The notes: generated by a model from the sequence alone, not told the origin. Shown: positions 12,636 to 26,492, numbered from the stretch's first letter. The stretch is DNA of 64,000 nt from Octopus sinensis (GCF_006345805.1 NC_043012.1:8990001-9054000); one strand, 5' to 3'. Numbers and translations: made by a program.

Positions 12636-12859
12636 GAAGAAGAAGAAGAAGACAACAGCAGAAAGAATCAACCCACCGTTGCAACAAACATTTTTATACT
12701 TGGTATATATTAGAAATATGAATATATATTAAAATGTTCGCGAATATCGGTACGTCGCTGTATATGTATATATACATACATACCCATGCACATACACGCA
12801 CATACACGCACATACACGCACTCACACGCTCACACACAGAGGCGCACACACACAGAGGC

Positions 12860-13060
12860 GTAGAGTTAAGACGCTTGCTTCCAGACTAAGTGGTCCTGAG
12901 TTCAGTCTCATTGTATGACATCTTGGGCAAATGTCTCCTACTATAACATCGGGCCGACCCCTGCTTTGGAATGAAGTTTGGTAACAGAAAATGTGTGGAA
13001 GCTCACGTTATATATATAAATATAATATATATATATAATATTAGATATAATATAATAATA

Positions 13061-13104
<44 letters not shown>

Positions 13105-13240
13105 TATATATATATGATATACATACACACACTTATATGTTTTGTTTGAATTTGTCCCTACCACCACTTGACAACGGTGTCGGTTTGCTTACGTCTCTGT
13201 AACTTAGCCGTTCGGCAAACGATTTTGATAAAATGAGTAC
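12860..13240 (+). mobile_element. Old, diverged SINE A
   Basis: GAGTTCAGTCTC B box, TTGGGCAAATGTCT core, internal (TA)n. Confidence 0.7.
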
Positions 13241-13623
13241 ATATATATATACATGCATACAGACTTGCTTACATACATATATATACACACAAACATATAT
13301 GTCTGTGTGTGTGTATGTGTGTGTGTGTGTGTGTGTGCGTGTGTGTGTGTGTGAGAGGAAGAGAGACTATGTTTGTATGTATATATATCGGTGTATATAC
13401 AAAACTAGAACATTGGTTCATGGACTAATTAATTAATTAGCTAATTAATTATATGACTCTCCAGTTTTAATTCTTTCTCTGTAAGCTTTCTAATCGTGGA
13501 AATTAGTCAAAGAAATCGAGGGCTATAATACACTATTTTCCTTTGTAGTTTTGTCTTTCGGTACACATAAAGTTCTAAATACTGGCTATATATCATGCAA
13601 TTTAGATTTAAATCGCACTATCA

Positions 13624-13718
<95 letters not shown>

Positions 13719-14194
13719 TTTAAATGGAAGCTGAAACTGAAACTCGAGTTTCATGTCAATGCAATCTTCAGGCCTGGATTGTTACAATTCGGTATTGCTG
13801 GTGTATGTATATCCTTTTGTGCATGATCTAGTACTTGCGTTTTTGCATCGGTTTGTTTTTCATGCTTATTGATTGAGCGTTGTTTTTCTGGCCTCTTAAT
13901 TAGTTGTATAGGTATCATCCACCATAGCGGCATAATTTTCACCAAATTTATCCTACACTCTGTCAAGGTATCAATGTACAACTAACCAGAACAACATGCT
14001 AAAGAGATCTCGGTATATCTAGTGGGATGTTTTTCCTACACCAAGTACCGGAAGTGACATAGCTGCACTGATTGACACAACGCAACCAAGTGCACAATAT
14101 CCTACTTCTACTGGACAGATGCAAGATAGTTCGAAACGATCGACGTGCTGAACTATCGACGTACTAATCCATCTTCCCTTTCCTTTATCAATGT

Positions 14195-14282
<88 letters not shown>

Positions 14283-14353
14283 GTATACCCACACACACAC
14301 ACACACATATATATTATATATAATATGTATATATATGTGTGTATATATATATA

Positions 14354-14587
14354 TAAATGCGCCCTTTTTAAAGCCTAGCCAAGCTCATGGGCCCGGTTTC
14401 CCGGTTTCTATGGCGTATGTGTTCCCCAGCTGGACGGGACGCCTGTCCATCGCAGCGTTACTCATTTTTGCCACCAACGTGAAATGAATTGTTTTGCTCA
14501 AGAACACAACGCATCGCCCGGTCTAGGAATCGAAACCACAATCTTACGATCATGGTGCTGATGCCCTAACCACTAAGCCACGCGCCT

Positions 14588-14590
<3 letters not shown>
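14354..14590 (-). mobile_element. SINE C
   Basis: Similar to 1753-2003, with a ~20-nt internal deletion. Confidence 0.88.
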
Positions 14591-14620
<30 letters not shown>

Positions 14621-14699
14621 CACACCACAACATATATATATGAGAAAGGTTGAGTTCAATTAGAACAGTTTTACTTTGGGAGGTCCAAATCTAGGTTTG

Positions 14700-14751
<52 letters not shown>

Positions 14752-14810
14752 TATATATAGATATATATATATATATAATATTATATATATATATTATATA
14801 TATATATATA

Positions 14811-14887
<77 letters not shown>

Positions 14888-16539
14888 TATGTATGTATAT
14901 ACAGACAGATAATCTCTGCAGTAATATATAACCTATGATATCATGCATTACATCTAGATTTCAATTTATCATTTTCAGTACTGCCTTTGTCTAGATAATA
15001 TATCACCATTTTTTTTTAATGCTCTCACAAAATATTGCAAAAATCGGATATTCCTAGGGAAAAGTTTCCCGGAAGAAATTTCTCTTAAAAATAAATCTTT
15101 ACTATCTCTGCTATTTAGTGAGAATGTGTAAATTTAATTCTTTAGGCAAGAAAAATGATTTACTGTAAAAATATTAAAAATCTAATTGGAAAAATTCTAA
15201 TGCTAAACGAACCAGTTTATGGGAAACTTAATTCTTCAACGCAAAATATGAGAGAAGAACATTATTGTCTAACAAATTCTAAGTGCGTTCTACACCCGCA
15301 GGATATTTTGAAATGATGTCTGGAATAAATAAAATCTCGGAACTCTTGCTAAAAATGGTAAATATTCATCAACCAATTAGTTTTAATTAGTTGTTCAGCA
15401 TTAATTTAAGCATAAAGGTGATCATTGCTGGATTCTAAGATGATTAAACAAAATACATTTTATATGCTTTTTGGATAAAGAAGCAAACTTCGCCAGAAGT
15501 TGAGTCTTCCCGCCAAGAATATCAGGCAGAAGTAATTTTAAAGACTGCGAGTTGGCAAAGTCGTCGACGCGTTAGCTGGAATTCCCCGCAGTATTTGTCT
15601 CAAATACTTGTGCCCTTAGTTGAAATCATGCCAAGGTTAATTTTTCCTTTCGTCTTTCAGAAGTCGACAAAAAAAATAAAATACCAGACCAGTACTGGGG
15701 GCGATTTTCTTCTCTTTTTTCCTCATTTCCTTTCTCTCTGAAAGAAATCAGCTGTATCTAGGTCTGGAGATGGATGAACCCCGCCAAATTTTGTAGGGCC
15801 AAGGCATACTGTAATTTACGACGGCTTCCCTACAATGTCATCTCAAAATGAATCCCTACCCCAACAAGGATAGCCAACAGAAGTAATTTAATCCTTAAAA
15901 ATGGCCCCGAAGCCTTTGATTTATTTTGTTATTTTGTTCCAGGATATATCTTATTCTTGTTCTGGGATAATCTTCACTGATATTCTTAGGGCCTTAAGGG
16001 GTTTCGGGTTTTTCGACATCAGACACCCTCACTCAGATGAACCAACGGGGGTTGTTCAAATCCGAGCTTACATCGCAGCAGCGACAATCTGTTGGTCTGC
16101 CTTGTTTAACACAAGTCCTCTTGTAGCTTCTGAGGTTTCAACGGATGGAACATACTCCTCAGCTCTTTGATTCACCTGTGATTCCTATCCCAATTAGTCT
16201 CTTTGTCGTTCAACTGACCAAACAGCCAGAATGCATGAAATACTTTGATAATATACTATTCCAATACAGCTGCCAAACATCTTCCTGTTATGACTGAAGT
16301 AAAATAAATTGGAAAATTGAGGAAATACATTGAACTTGGAGAAACATCGCCCTCGTGCTAGTTTTCTTCTACATTATGTAATACACACACATACATCCAC
16401 CCATCCACACCCACACACCCATACCCACAACTACACCCATCCACGCCCACACACGTATATATGTATATATGTCTGTCTATGTATGTATATATACATATAC
16501 ATATACATATACACACACACACATATATATACATATATG

Positions 16540-16571
16540 GATCTCTCTCTCTCTCTCTATCTATCTATCTG

Positions 16572-16652
<81 letters not shown>

Positions 16653-16723
16653 TTCTCTCTGTCTATCTGTCTATCTATCTATCTATCTATCTCTATCTAT
16701 CTCTCTATCTCTCTCTCTATCTC

Positions 16724-16767
<44 letters not shown>

Positions 16768-16860
16768 CCTACCAACCTACCAACCTATCTAGGAAGCTAC
16801 CTCGCTAGCTAGCAATCGTTTCATCTGTCCATCTATCCATCCGTCTATCCATCCATCTAT
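16540..16860. repeat. (CTAT)n microsatellite
   Basis: Read directly from the sequence. Confidence 0.95.
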
Positions 16861-16984
16861 CAATTTTGAAACGTTGTAAATCGAAGACATTTCTCGATGC
16901 TCGAAATATTATTTTAACACTTCAATTTCAGTTTTGATAGAAAGTGTAGTGAAATATATTGAAAAGTGATGATGATGTTAGAAT

Positions 16985-17230
16985 TTCACCTTGTTTACGC
17001 CCTCGTCTATAACAATCTCTTCTGAAAGCTCTCCATCATATGCATCCCCAGCTTTCATATTGTGATGAGGCTTTTCAAGAAAACGCACAAATTTTTTCTG
17101 GACTGTCAAGTTCGTGAAAGGCATCCATAACGCTTCTCTGCTGACTGCATCAAACGTTTCAGTAAGGTCAACAAACACTTGATAGAGTGCTGCTTGATGG
17201 TCCGAAAAATGTGTTCTTTCCATCTTTTTA
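16985..17230 (-). mobile_element. RTE-clade LINE RT fragment
   Basis: LYQVFVDLTETFDAVSREALW..KFVRFL..HHNMKA..DGELSEEI.IDEGV resembles RTE/BovB RT. Confidence 0.78.
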
Positions 17231-17701
17231 TCATATCAGAAACTTTGAGAAACGGAGATGTCATGGATGCAACAGATGAGAGTTGGAAATGCACAGTCTT
17301 TGTGAGAGACATCTGTCAAAAGCTCGTTCCATCAGCTAAATGAAATTACAGTAATTTGCGAAATTAAGATGCGTCTTACAATGAATGACTTGTCACCTTT
17401 ATGTTGTGAAATCTGCCGGAATAACCCGGATTTTAAAAGTACATAAAACTAAATGAGATTACCGTACCAACATTAATCTCTATAAACTCTGAAGAAGTTT
17501 TGAATCTTATCTGTTACATATGTTTGAACTGCTAGTTTTAAGAGTAATCTCATAAAACGCAGACATAGTGGAGATTATCGGGATGATGCTAATTAATTGA
17601 GAGAGAGCTATCATCTATCAAGATAAAATAATGATGACGATGATGATGATGATCACACACACATACATTCGAGTGTGTAACTATATACATACATGCATGC
17701 A

Positions 17702-17755
<54 letters not shown>

Positions 17756-17894
17756 ATTCTTTTATTCTTTTACATCTTTCAGCCACTTGACTACGGCCAT
17801 GCTGAAGCACCACTTTGAAGGGTTTGTAGTCGAAGAAATCGACGGTAGGACTTATTCTTTGTAAGCCTTGTTCTTAGTCTATCGGTGTCTTTTT

Positions 17895-18387
17895 AATGCA
17901 TTACGATCGTTTCATGCGACTCCATTTAATTGAACAATACAAGTTTTACATCAGTTTTAAAATGTAGAGCAATCTTCAGCAGCATAAAAAATATAGAATT
18001 TAGTTAAATTCAAAAGATTCATTTTTATAGTTATTCCATTAACCAAAATCACAATTGTTGATGAAACTAGTTCTTTGTCTGCCTACTTACCCTCTTTGTG
18101 ATTTTGGTTAATGGAATAACTATAAAAATGAATCTTTTGAATTTAACTAAATTCTATATTTTTATGTAGCTGAAGATTGCTGTACATTTTAAAACTGATG
18201 TAAAACTTGCATTGTTCAATTAAATGGAGTCGCATGAAACGATCGTTCTGCATTACCTTTGGATATCCTTGTTTCTTATTTTGATTATAATCACCCCATT
18301 TTGAATTATATGGATAATACCATAGCAAATTCTGGTGCCTTTAACTTAAGTACCATATTCAACTGAATCTAAATTTTTACTGAACTT
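17895..18387 (+). mobile_element. Penelope-like pLTR remnant: ~160-bp inverted repeat plus a tail to (TA)n
   Basis: Arms 17895-18054 and 18096-18254 are near-perfect reverse complements, and each contains an HHR motif. Confidence 0.75.
18164..18253 (+). ncRNA. Type I hammerhead ribozyme motif with extended stem II
   Basis: ATGTAG-CTGAAGA-TTGC..(~50 nt)..GCAT-GAAAC-GATC-GTT-CTGCAT: 6-bp stem I, intact core, palindromic stem III loop. Confidence 0.75.
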
Positions 18388-18774
18388 ATATATATATATA
18401 TAATATTTTTATAAACAAACCCGAAAGGCTTTGCGAGTTACGGAGAAAAAGCTACTAGTATAATAACTGTATATAATAAAGCTCATAGTATAATAACTGT
18501 ATATAATATATATCATAATGATATTTAATCTCCGATTTTAAAGCGATAATTTTTAAATATAAACAAATGACCATAAAATGATGAGCTAACCTAAGGCTGA
18601 ATCGAACACACACGTGCATACACACATACATATAGATATCATGCATACAAACATACGCACACACACATATAGAGAGACTGAGAGATAGAGATGGAGAGAG
18701 AGAGAGAGAGAAAGAGAAAGTGAGAGAGAGAGAGAGAGAGATAGAGATGAGAGAGAGAGAGAGAAAGAGAAAGT

Positions 18775-18827
<53 letters not shown>

Positions 18828-19604
18828 GTAAGTTTTGAGAGATGGTGTTCAGAATGGAAAGGTTGAAATTAAGACATATGTTATTGACATTTTAGATTGA
18901 TCTTTAGATGCTATTTAGAATTTCGGTTATATATCTTGATATACCAACACGATCACCTTACACATAAAATACATTGAAGTTGCGTTACCAGTTAGATAAC
19001 CATTTTAATCTGTAGTTCAAAAGTTGAGACATACTTTTGGAATTGTAAAAGTTCCAAAAAAAAGAACAAATTGATTAGTTGATTTTGGTTATCCTCTGAG
19101 ATAGACCATATCAGATGATTCCTTTGCAGGCAAAGTAGGCTTTTGTTTCCAATTGTAATAAATGCTATCCTGGAGATTTATAGTATAAGTGTGCTTTAAC
19201 AACATTCTGAAGAACACCAGAAGTTGCCAATATCTCTCTGCTTAGAGGAATAAATCTTGCACGTGTCAGTTTGGTATACATATTGTTTGATACGTCGCTT
19301 TAATGCAAATGAATATAATCTTTAAGCATCGTGTTTCTATTTCGGCAACCAATAAATGTGTCATTTGATATTATCTGATATTTGAAACTTGATTTCAGGA
19401 TAATGATCTACTTGGTTTAAATATAAATGCTTTGTGAATGCTGATTGTATAGACACAGTCTGTAGACGTTAAGTGTATAAACATTTTTGGTATAAATATT
19501 GGTTAAGGCGAACCATTTCGGGGGAGAAGGTAAGTCGATTACATCGACTCGAGTGTTCAACTGGTACTTATTTTATCGACCCAGAAAAGACGAAAGGCAC
19601 TTAC

Positions 19605-20070
19605 ACATTGTATCGGCCTTCTGCCAATGCCCTAAGGCAACCGTTCAGAATGTAATTCAGGGTGCAGAGAACTGGTTTACACTGCTTGTAGGATGGGTTC
19701 TCCAGTCTGCCACATATTTTAAGGTTAGTTGGTAATAGCAGGAGGTCACAAAAAGAAGGACAAGTTTTCATCGTCCGTGATTCAGAGTTCCCCCCGGTTA
19801 ATGGGTCGTCGTGTGCCTAGTCCCACTGCATCGATTATCCCTAGTAGACAAGTCCTATCGCTTTTATATGGCGATCTACCTCTGTTGAACCGCGGATCCT
19901 TTGCACTGGCGTTGGTATTTTCCCAACTCATCGTACAGTAGCGGCAGAGTCCTTGCCTTACTTAACCAACATACTCCAAAATCTCCTGGTATGTTTCCGC
20001 TTCCTTCAAAACCTCCTCAGGCTTTCACTTCTTGTCGCCTTTTATAGTCTTGATGGTGTGTTTGGGTTTC
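19605..20070 (-). mobile_element. Degenerate HERO-like (REL clade) LINE fragment
   Basis: LSFFL.DLLLLPTNLKICGRLENPSYKQC..TLNYILNGCLRALAEGRY resembles the CCHC region before the REL endonuclease. Confidence 0.65.
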
Positions 20071-20239
20071 TCATACTCACATACGAATAGTCTAATATTT
20101 AACTTAAACTTAACTATAATATTCGATTTTCCATGAAGATAATCGGCTGATAATCGGTCAAACACACACGCACGCACACACAAAACACAAACACAGAACA
20201 CACACACACACACAAGCACGCATACATGTATATATATAT

Positions 20240-20287
<48 letters not shown>

Positions 20288-20288
<1 letters not shown>

Positions 20289-20585
20289 AAATTATAAATT
20301 AGGGTATCTACGAGATACCACCATGCTGAAATAGCAGCCATTATCTGACTTTAAAACCACTTAAATTGTCCATATATCAACACGGAGAAAAAGCAAAGAG
20401 ACAAGATGAAACTAGTAAAAAATTACTGGATAATTCTAGATCCGGATTTCTGACTTCGCATTTCTGGTATCTCGTAGATGCCCTAATTTATAATTTTAAT
20501 AATTATTACCTTTGAAGGTTACTTTTTCCATGCTGACCACTTGATAAAATCGTTATTTTATTTTTAAATTAACGATCTTATCCTT
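20288..20585. repeat. (TA)n-embedded element with a 33-bp inverted repeat
   Basis: AAAATTATAAATTAGGGTATCTACGAGATACCA (20288-20320) versus 20465-20497, with 1 mismatch. Confidence 0.8.
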
Positions 20586-20619
20586 ATATATATGATATAT
20601 ATATATATATACACACACA

Positions 20620-20835
20620 CGAGGTGTGCTGAAAAGTAGCTGGGTTTAAGGGTATTACAAAAGGCCTGGCTGGAGGTCCAGCCGTCTGAGTTCTTTTACA
20701 GGTCTTAGAAAAACTGAGGGACCACTGCACTAAGTGTGTGAATATGAGAGGGGAATATGTTGAGTAAAATCCTAATTAACTGATCCTCCTGTATTTAGTT
20801 TTACTTAAAGCCAGAAACCTTTCTGCACCCCCTAA
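20620..20835 (+). mobile_element. Mariner-derived MITE carrying the transposase C-terminus
   Basis: Degenerate TIRs CGAGGTGTGCTGAAAAG..CTTTCTGCACCCCC. Internal sequence reads KLRDHCTKCVNMRGEYVE*. Confidence 0.75.
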
Positions 20836-21404
20836 TATATATATATATACATAATTTTTTTTATTTACTTAATTACTTCCACTTGCACCTTTTAAACCTC
20901 TTTACTCCTGGAAGTACCGATAAATTGCGGGAGAAAATCTTTTGATAAAATCTCTTTTCATAATGGAACATAAATTAGCCCGAAATCGATATTTGGGTCC
21001 TTCTAACGCTCAATATAATCTTAAACCATATAATTCTACATTTTTTAAAGTTTTAGCAATTTTAGTCTTCCATATTTCTATTTAAAGTAGTCAGGAATAT
21101 TGCCATTAGCAATGATAGATTGATGACAAAAAAAGAAAAAACACCCAGAAATGTAAAAAAATATTTGTAAACTATCAACACGCTCTTTCCATCTAATCAG
21201 ATTCTAATTAAATCAGAATTATAATTATCAATATTCCAAATTCAGAATTAAATTTCAGAAATTGAACTTTAAAAGTCTACAATGTATAATATATATATCT
21301 ATATACCCACACACACACCACACACACACACTACTACAACCTCTCACATACACACACAGATATATATTATGATATATATATACCACACACACACACACAA
21401 CACC

Positions 21405-21460
<56 letters not shown>

Positions 21461-21766
21461 GTGTGTTGTGTAATGTTGTCTAAAAACACAATAAAATAAC
21501 TTTTTTCCCACAGCCCAGTGGTCTATGAATACCGTTCGATAGTTATTTAACTAATACCTAAATATCATTAGCTGAAATTTCAAAAACAACTTCGTATAAT
21601 TATCAATATTTTTGTTTTGTTCTTGATAAAATCAAATTTTTATACCCATAAATTGAAATGTTCACGAAAAAAATTCTTGTCCGTTCAAGCGTTTTAACGT
21701 TACTCCCCGTTTGGAACCATAATTTAATGTGTGTGTGTGTATGTGCGTGTGTGTGTGTGTGTGTGC

Positions 21767-21800
<34 letters not shown>

Positions 21801-22199
21801 GTGTGTATGTGTGTGTGGTGTGTGTGTGTGTGTGTGTGTGTGTGCGTATCTATTAAGGTGAGCGAGTTATGTACTTGGTTTATTGCATTCCTCTGGTCAC
21901 TGCCTTCTCGAGAGAAAACGCAGTGTGCGACACCACACTTCACTGGATTCACTATTAATGATGCTAAACTGTTACAAGGACCCCTTTTTTTTTGTTAAGT
22001 GTGAATTTGATTGGTCCAGCCGTTCTATATTAGCGAAGAGATAAAAATCTAGAACCCGTTCCATGTTCTGCAACTCCACTACAACAATCATTAAAATTCA
22101 ACCGTAGAATTCTATTCAATGCGTTTCGTAGTTATACTGAAGTCATTAAGAATCATAACATCCCTATCATAAATATGTATTATTTTCTATCTTACACAG

Positions 22200-22392
22200 G
22201 GGGCGAGCTGGCAACATCGTTAGCACACCGGACAAATACTTAGCAGCATTTCATCCGTGATTACATGCTGAGTTCAAATTCTACCGAGGTCAACTTTGCC
22301 TTTCATCCTTTTGGGGTCGATAAAATAAGTACCGGTTGAGCAATGGGGATCCGTAATATCGACTTACCCCTTCCCCTAAAATTGCTGGCCTT
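22200..22392 (+). mobile_element. SINE D, diverged
   Basis: Similarity to the 7124 copy. Confidence 0.8.
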
Positions 22393-22425
22393 TTCCTTCC
22401 CTTTAGTTTGTACTTCACCTTGTAG

Positions 22426-22808
22426 TGGAGGCGCAATGGCCCAGTGGTTAGGGCAGCGGACTCGCGGTCATAGGATCGCGGTTTCGATTCCCAGACCGGG
22501 CGTTGTGAGTGTTTATTGAGCGAAAACACCTAAGCTCCACGAGGCTCCGGCAGGGGATAGTGGTGATCCCTGCTGTACTCTTTCACCACAACTTTCTCTC
22601 ACTCTTACTTCCTGTTTCTGTTGTACCTGTATTTCAAAGGGCCGGCCTTGTCACTCTCTGTGTCACGCTGAATATCCCCGAGAACTACGTTAAGGGTGCA
22701 CGTGTCTGTGGAGTGCTCAGCCACTTACACGTTAATTTCACGAGCAGGCTGTTCCATTGATTCGGATCAACCGGAACCCTCGTCGTCGTAACCGACGGAG
22801 TGCTTCCC
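22426..22808 (+). mobile_element. SINE B (tail T1), full length
   Basis: 14-bp TSD ACTTCACCTTGTAG at 22412-22425 and 22809-22822. Confidence 0.93.
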
Positions 22809-23629
22809 ACTTCACCTTGTAGCATGTACTTGCTTCAGTTTGAAACCCGACTGTCTTGTTTGTAAACACAAAATTGAATCTTTCAAGTTGAGTGATGACG
22901 TCATGAAGAATCTTACGAATAATGTCCCACAACTGTACCCCAGATTATTTAGCTCAGATTCTATATAAAAAATTAAACGATTCAAAATTGTTGATTGAAA
23001 ACCAGTCAAACATTGATTATGCTAAACAGAACTTATGAAAGAAAAAAAAGAGTAGAGAACAACAGACAGCGTGTATGAGGCACAATCATGGAGAGAGTTG
23101 GACAGATGGACACAGGAGGGAGACAGTCATACGATCAGTTAGACTGAGTTCAACTAGACTTGTCAACACGAACATTTTGCAACACCCAATGACCAAACAA
23201 CTAACTTAAAAATCAGCCATAGTAGAAAACACCTGTACTAATCTACTCATCCTCTTTTTCTCCCTCTCTTTATGACTAAATTTCATCTACACTCAATCAA
23301 ATAAGCTTTCCAATTTAGATCCTCTTACAGAATCAGATCACTCTGTCAATCATATTTCATCGACTTCATTACATTATTTACTTTTCTTGGAACGGACGTG
23401 TTCCATTTTCCACCATTAACAATAAAATATGATAAACTTAAACGTCGTGGTACTGTTATATTTCATTAAACCTGTCCATCACTATCAAAATATATTCCTT
23501 CATGTTCCCTTTCTCTCTGTTCACATTGAATACCTTTATTTTTCTTATATATTTTCGTGTATTGATCATATCGCTTTTTTTTCTTTCTATCTTACCTATT
23601 TTTCCTTTTTAACCTGTTTAAGTATAAAT

Positions 23630-23890
<261 letters not shown>

Positions 23891-24827
23891 CACGTACACA
23901 CTCATACATACACTCACTCACACACAAACATACATACACACATACACACACAAACGTACATACACATGCGCACATACACGCAGACACATACATATATACA
24001 CCCACCCATCCACACATACATATGAATATTAATTAAGCCAGTGAAGAGTCGAATCGGTTTAATTACTGAGTACTGCTGAAATAATATGTATGAAAACCAT
24101 ATATGCTGCAAGCCTTCGAAAATAGATTAATGGTTACAAAACTCATTATAGATTTACTCAATTCGATATTGTTGGGCTGAATTCTTTCATTTAGAAACAC
24201 AGACCAGCACATTAACATTTGATCAGAAATATCGCACTATAAATGATGGTAACTTAGAAATAATTTGTGCGCCCCTTAAATACCGCTGCTTGATAAAAAT
24301 CCGCTTGAGTTTTAAAACATACAAAACAAGTGAATTTGATGTTACTAGTATAGGATCGGTTGATAGCGCTGAGATATTAAAAAATCATGGGCTATAAGTC
24401 TTAAAAATCCTAAAAAATAAATTGAAAACATAAAACACAGATTTATACAGACAGAGTATGTTGGTCCTCACATATTCCACTAAATGCCAAGAATTAAATT
24501 TAAAAATAAAAGTTTTAACTAGCACTTTCAATGGCTTTGGCTTTCGAATCCAGGAATATAAGAATTGTTAATATGATAAAATAAAGCTTTGGATTTCATA
24601 CGAATAAATATCAATAAACAGAATGAAAAGCTTATGTAAATAAATGAGAAATCCCTCTCAGCACTTTCCGAAATTTAGGTGATAAAACAAGAAAAGAATT
24701 TCTTAATACGAAAGAAACATTCGTAAAAGCTATTGCGATAAGGAACTAAGGCATCAAATTCTTTAAAAGCCATTCACTTTGTTCACAATCTCCACAGCTA
24801 CCAATCATAAAAACTGCCACATTACTT

Positions 24828-25244
24828 TACTTAATTCGAAACTGTAAAATCAACATACCACTTATTTCAACCTCGACTAACACACCCCAATCCTTTAACT
24901 ACAGGCATCAAAAGTTATTCATTCGCAAGACCATCAAGGTCTATTAGAAGCCCGCAACTATTGAAATTATCTAATCGTAACGATCTATCAATCTAAGGAA
25001 CATAATATAAGGTACGCTTTCAAAGATATGAGCTATGCTTCCCGCAAGGACAACGGTGATAGAAAAACAGTAATCTGTCTGTCTGTCTGTCTGTCTGCCT
25101 GCCTGCCTGCCTGTCTGCCTGTCTGTCTGTCTGTCTGTCTGCCTGCCTGCTTGCCTGCCTGCCTACCTGCCTGTCTGTCTCTGTCTCTGTCTGTCTGTCT
25201 GTCTCTCTCTGTCTCTCTCTCTCTATCTATCTATCTATCCATCC

Positions 25245-25302
<58 letters not shown>

Positions 25303-25468
25303 ACTCATGTTTTGAGTATACTTAACCTTAACTCGAAACCTTAAAATCAATATAGCAATTATTTCAACCTCGATTAATATACACCAATCCTTTAATCCCA
25401 GATATCAGAAGTTATTCAGTCGCAATACCACCAAGGTCTGGTAAAAACACGCAACTATTGAAATTATT
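24828..25468 (+). repeat. Diverged ~140-bp direct duplication (24828-24970 and 25325-25468)
   Basis: Both share TTATTTCAACCTCGA..CCAATCCTTTAA..AAGTTATTCA.TCGCAA..CAAGGTCT..CGCAACTATTGAAATTAT. Confidence 0.8.
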
Positions 25469-26018
25469 CCTGATTGCATTACCAAACCTACCTACCTACC
25501 TACCTACCTACCTACCTACCTACCTACCTACCTACCTACCTACCTACCTACCTACCTACCTACCTACCTACCTACCTACCTACCTACCTGCCTACCTACC
25601 TACCTACCTACCTACCTACCGACCTACCTACCTACCTACCTACCTACTTACCTACCTACTGTCTGCTACACACACACACATTTTAACGGCTATCCTCTTC
25701 AAATTAAACTACACACATACATAAACAAATCAATCTGATTCGATAAGATTTTATAATAATAATTACACAGGCAGTAACATACATTATGTAAACCACTAGA
25801 AATTTACATAAATAACGGTTTTATCTTTTATTTTAACTTATATTATCTATTTATTATTATTTGGTTTTATTTATATTTTTTACTCTTATACTGTATCTTT
25901 ATTTCTTAATACCATTTAAAAAATTATTAGCATACACATAATAAATATATATTTCTTAATTTAATAGTCTGTTGATAAAATCCAATCCATCAACATGTAA
26001 CTATTTCTATTGTACTCT

Positions 26019-26137
26019 AGTCCTGATGAGATTCTACCCAGTATTATTCAAAATGCTATTCTCTTCTAATCTGTAGATTTATTCCAATCTTTGAATTTGC
26101 AATTATTTATTGGACGAAATTGAAACGTACGTAGGCT
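26019..26137 (+). ncRNA. Type I hammerhead ribozyme motif with a ~90-nt stem II insert
   Basis: AGTC-CTGATGA-GATT..AATT-GAAAC-GTAC-GTA-GGCT: perfect core, GUA cleavage triplet, palindromic GTAC loop, 4-bp stem I. Confidence 0.7.
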
Positions 26138-26210
26138 TTATTTTGGCAGTATGTTTAATAAATTAATTTCATATACTTACCAACTCTCTATTCTTCTTCC
26201 TTCGGACGTC

Positions 26211-26492
26211 CTGCAAATTTCAGAGGATTATCTGGAAAGTTCCGAGGATTTGGGAATTTCCTGGAAAGTTCCGAGGATGGGACTACCTGGAAAATTCCGG
26301 AGATTACATGGAAAGTTCCGAGGATGGGGATTTCCTGGAAAGTTCTGAGGATTTGGGGAACTTCCTGGAAAGTTCTGAGAATGCGACTTCCTGGAAAGCT
26401 CCCGGGATTTCCTGAAAAATTCCGGGGTTTCGGAATTCCTGGAAAGTTCCGAGGGTTTCCTGGAAAATTCCGAGCATGGAGAGTTGCTGGAA
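26211..26492. repeat. Minisatellite of ~11 units, core CTGGAAAGTTCCGAGG, period 21-30 bp
   Basis: Read directly from the sequence. Confidence 0.92.

Noticed and set aside
15790-16300. GC-richer block with an 89-aa ORF
   Set aside because: No recognisable motif or termini, so it is probably a decayed repeat that I cannot assign. The same applies to 11600-11960 and 49726-49925.
26211-26492. CRISPR-like repeat/spacer array
   Set aside because: The linkers are only ~5-14 nt and related to each other, there are no cas genes, and the context is eukaryotic.
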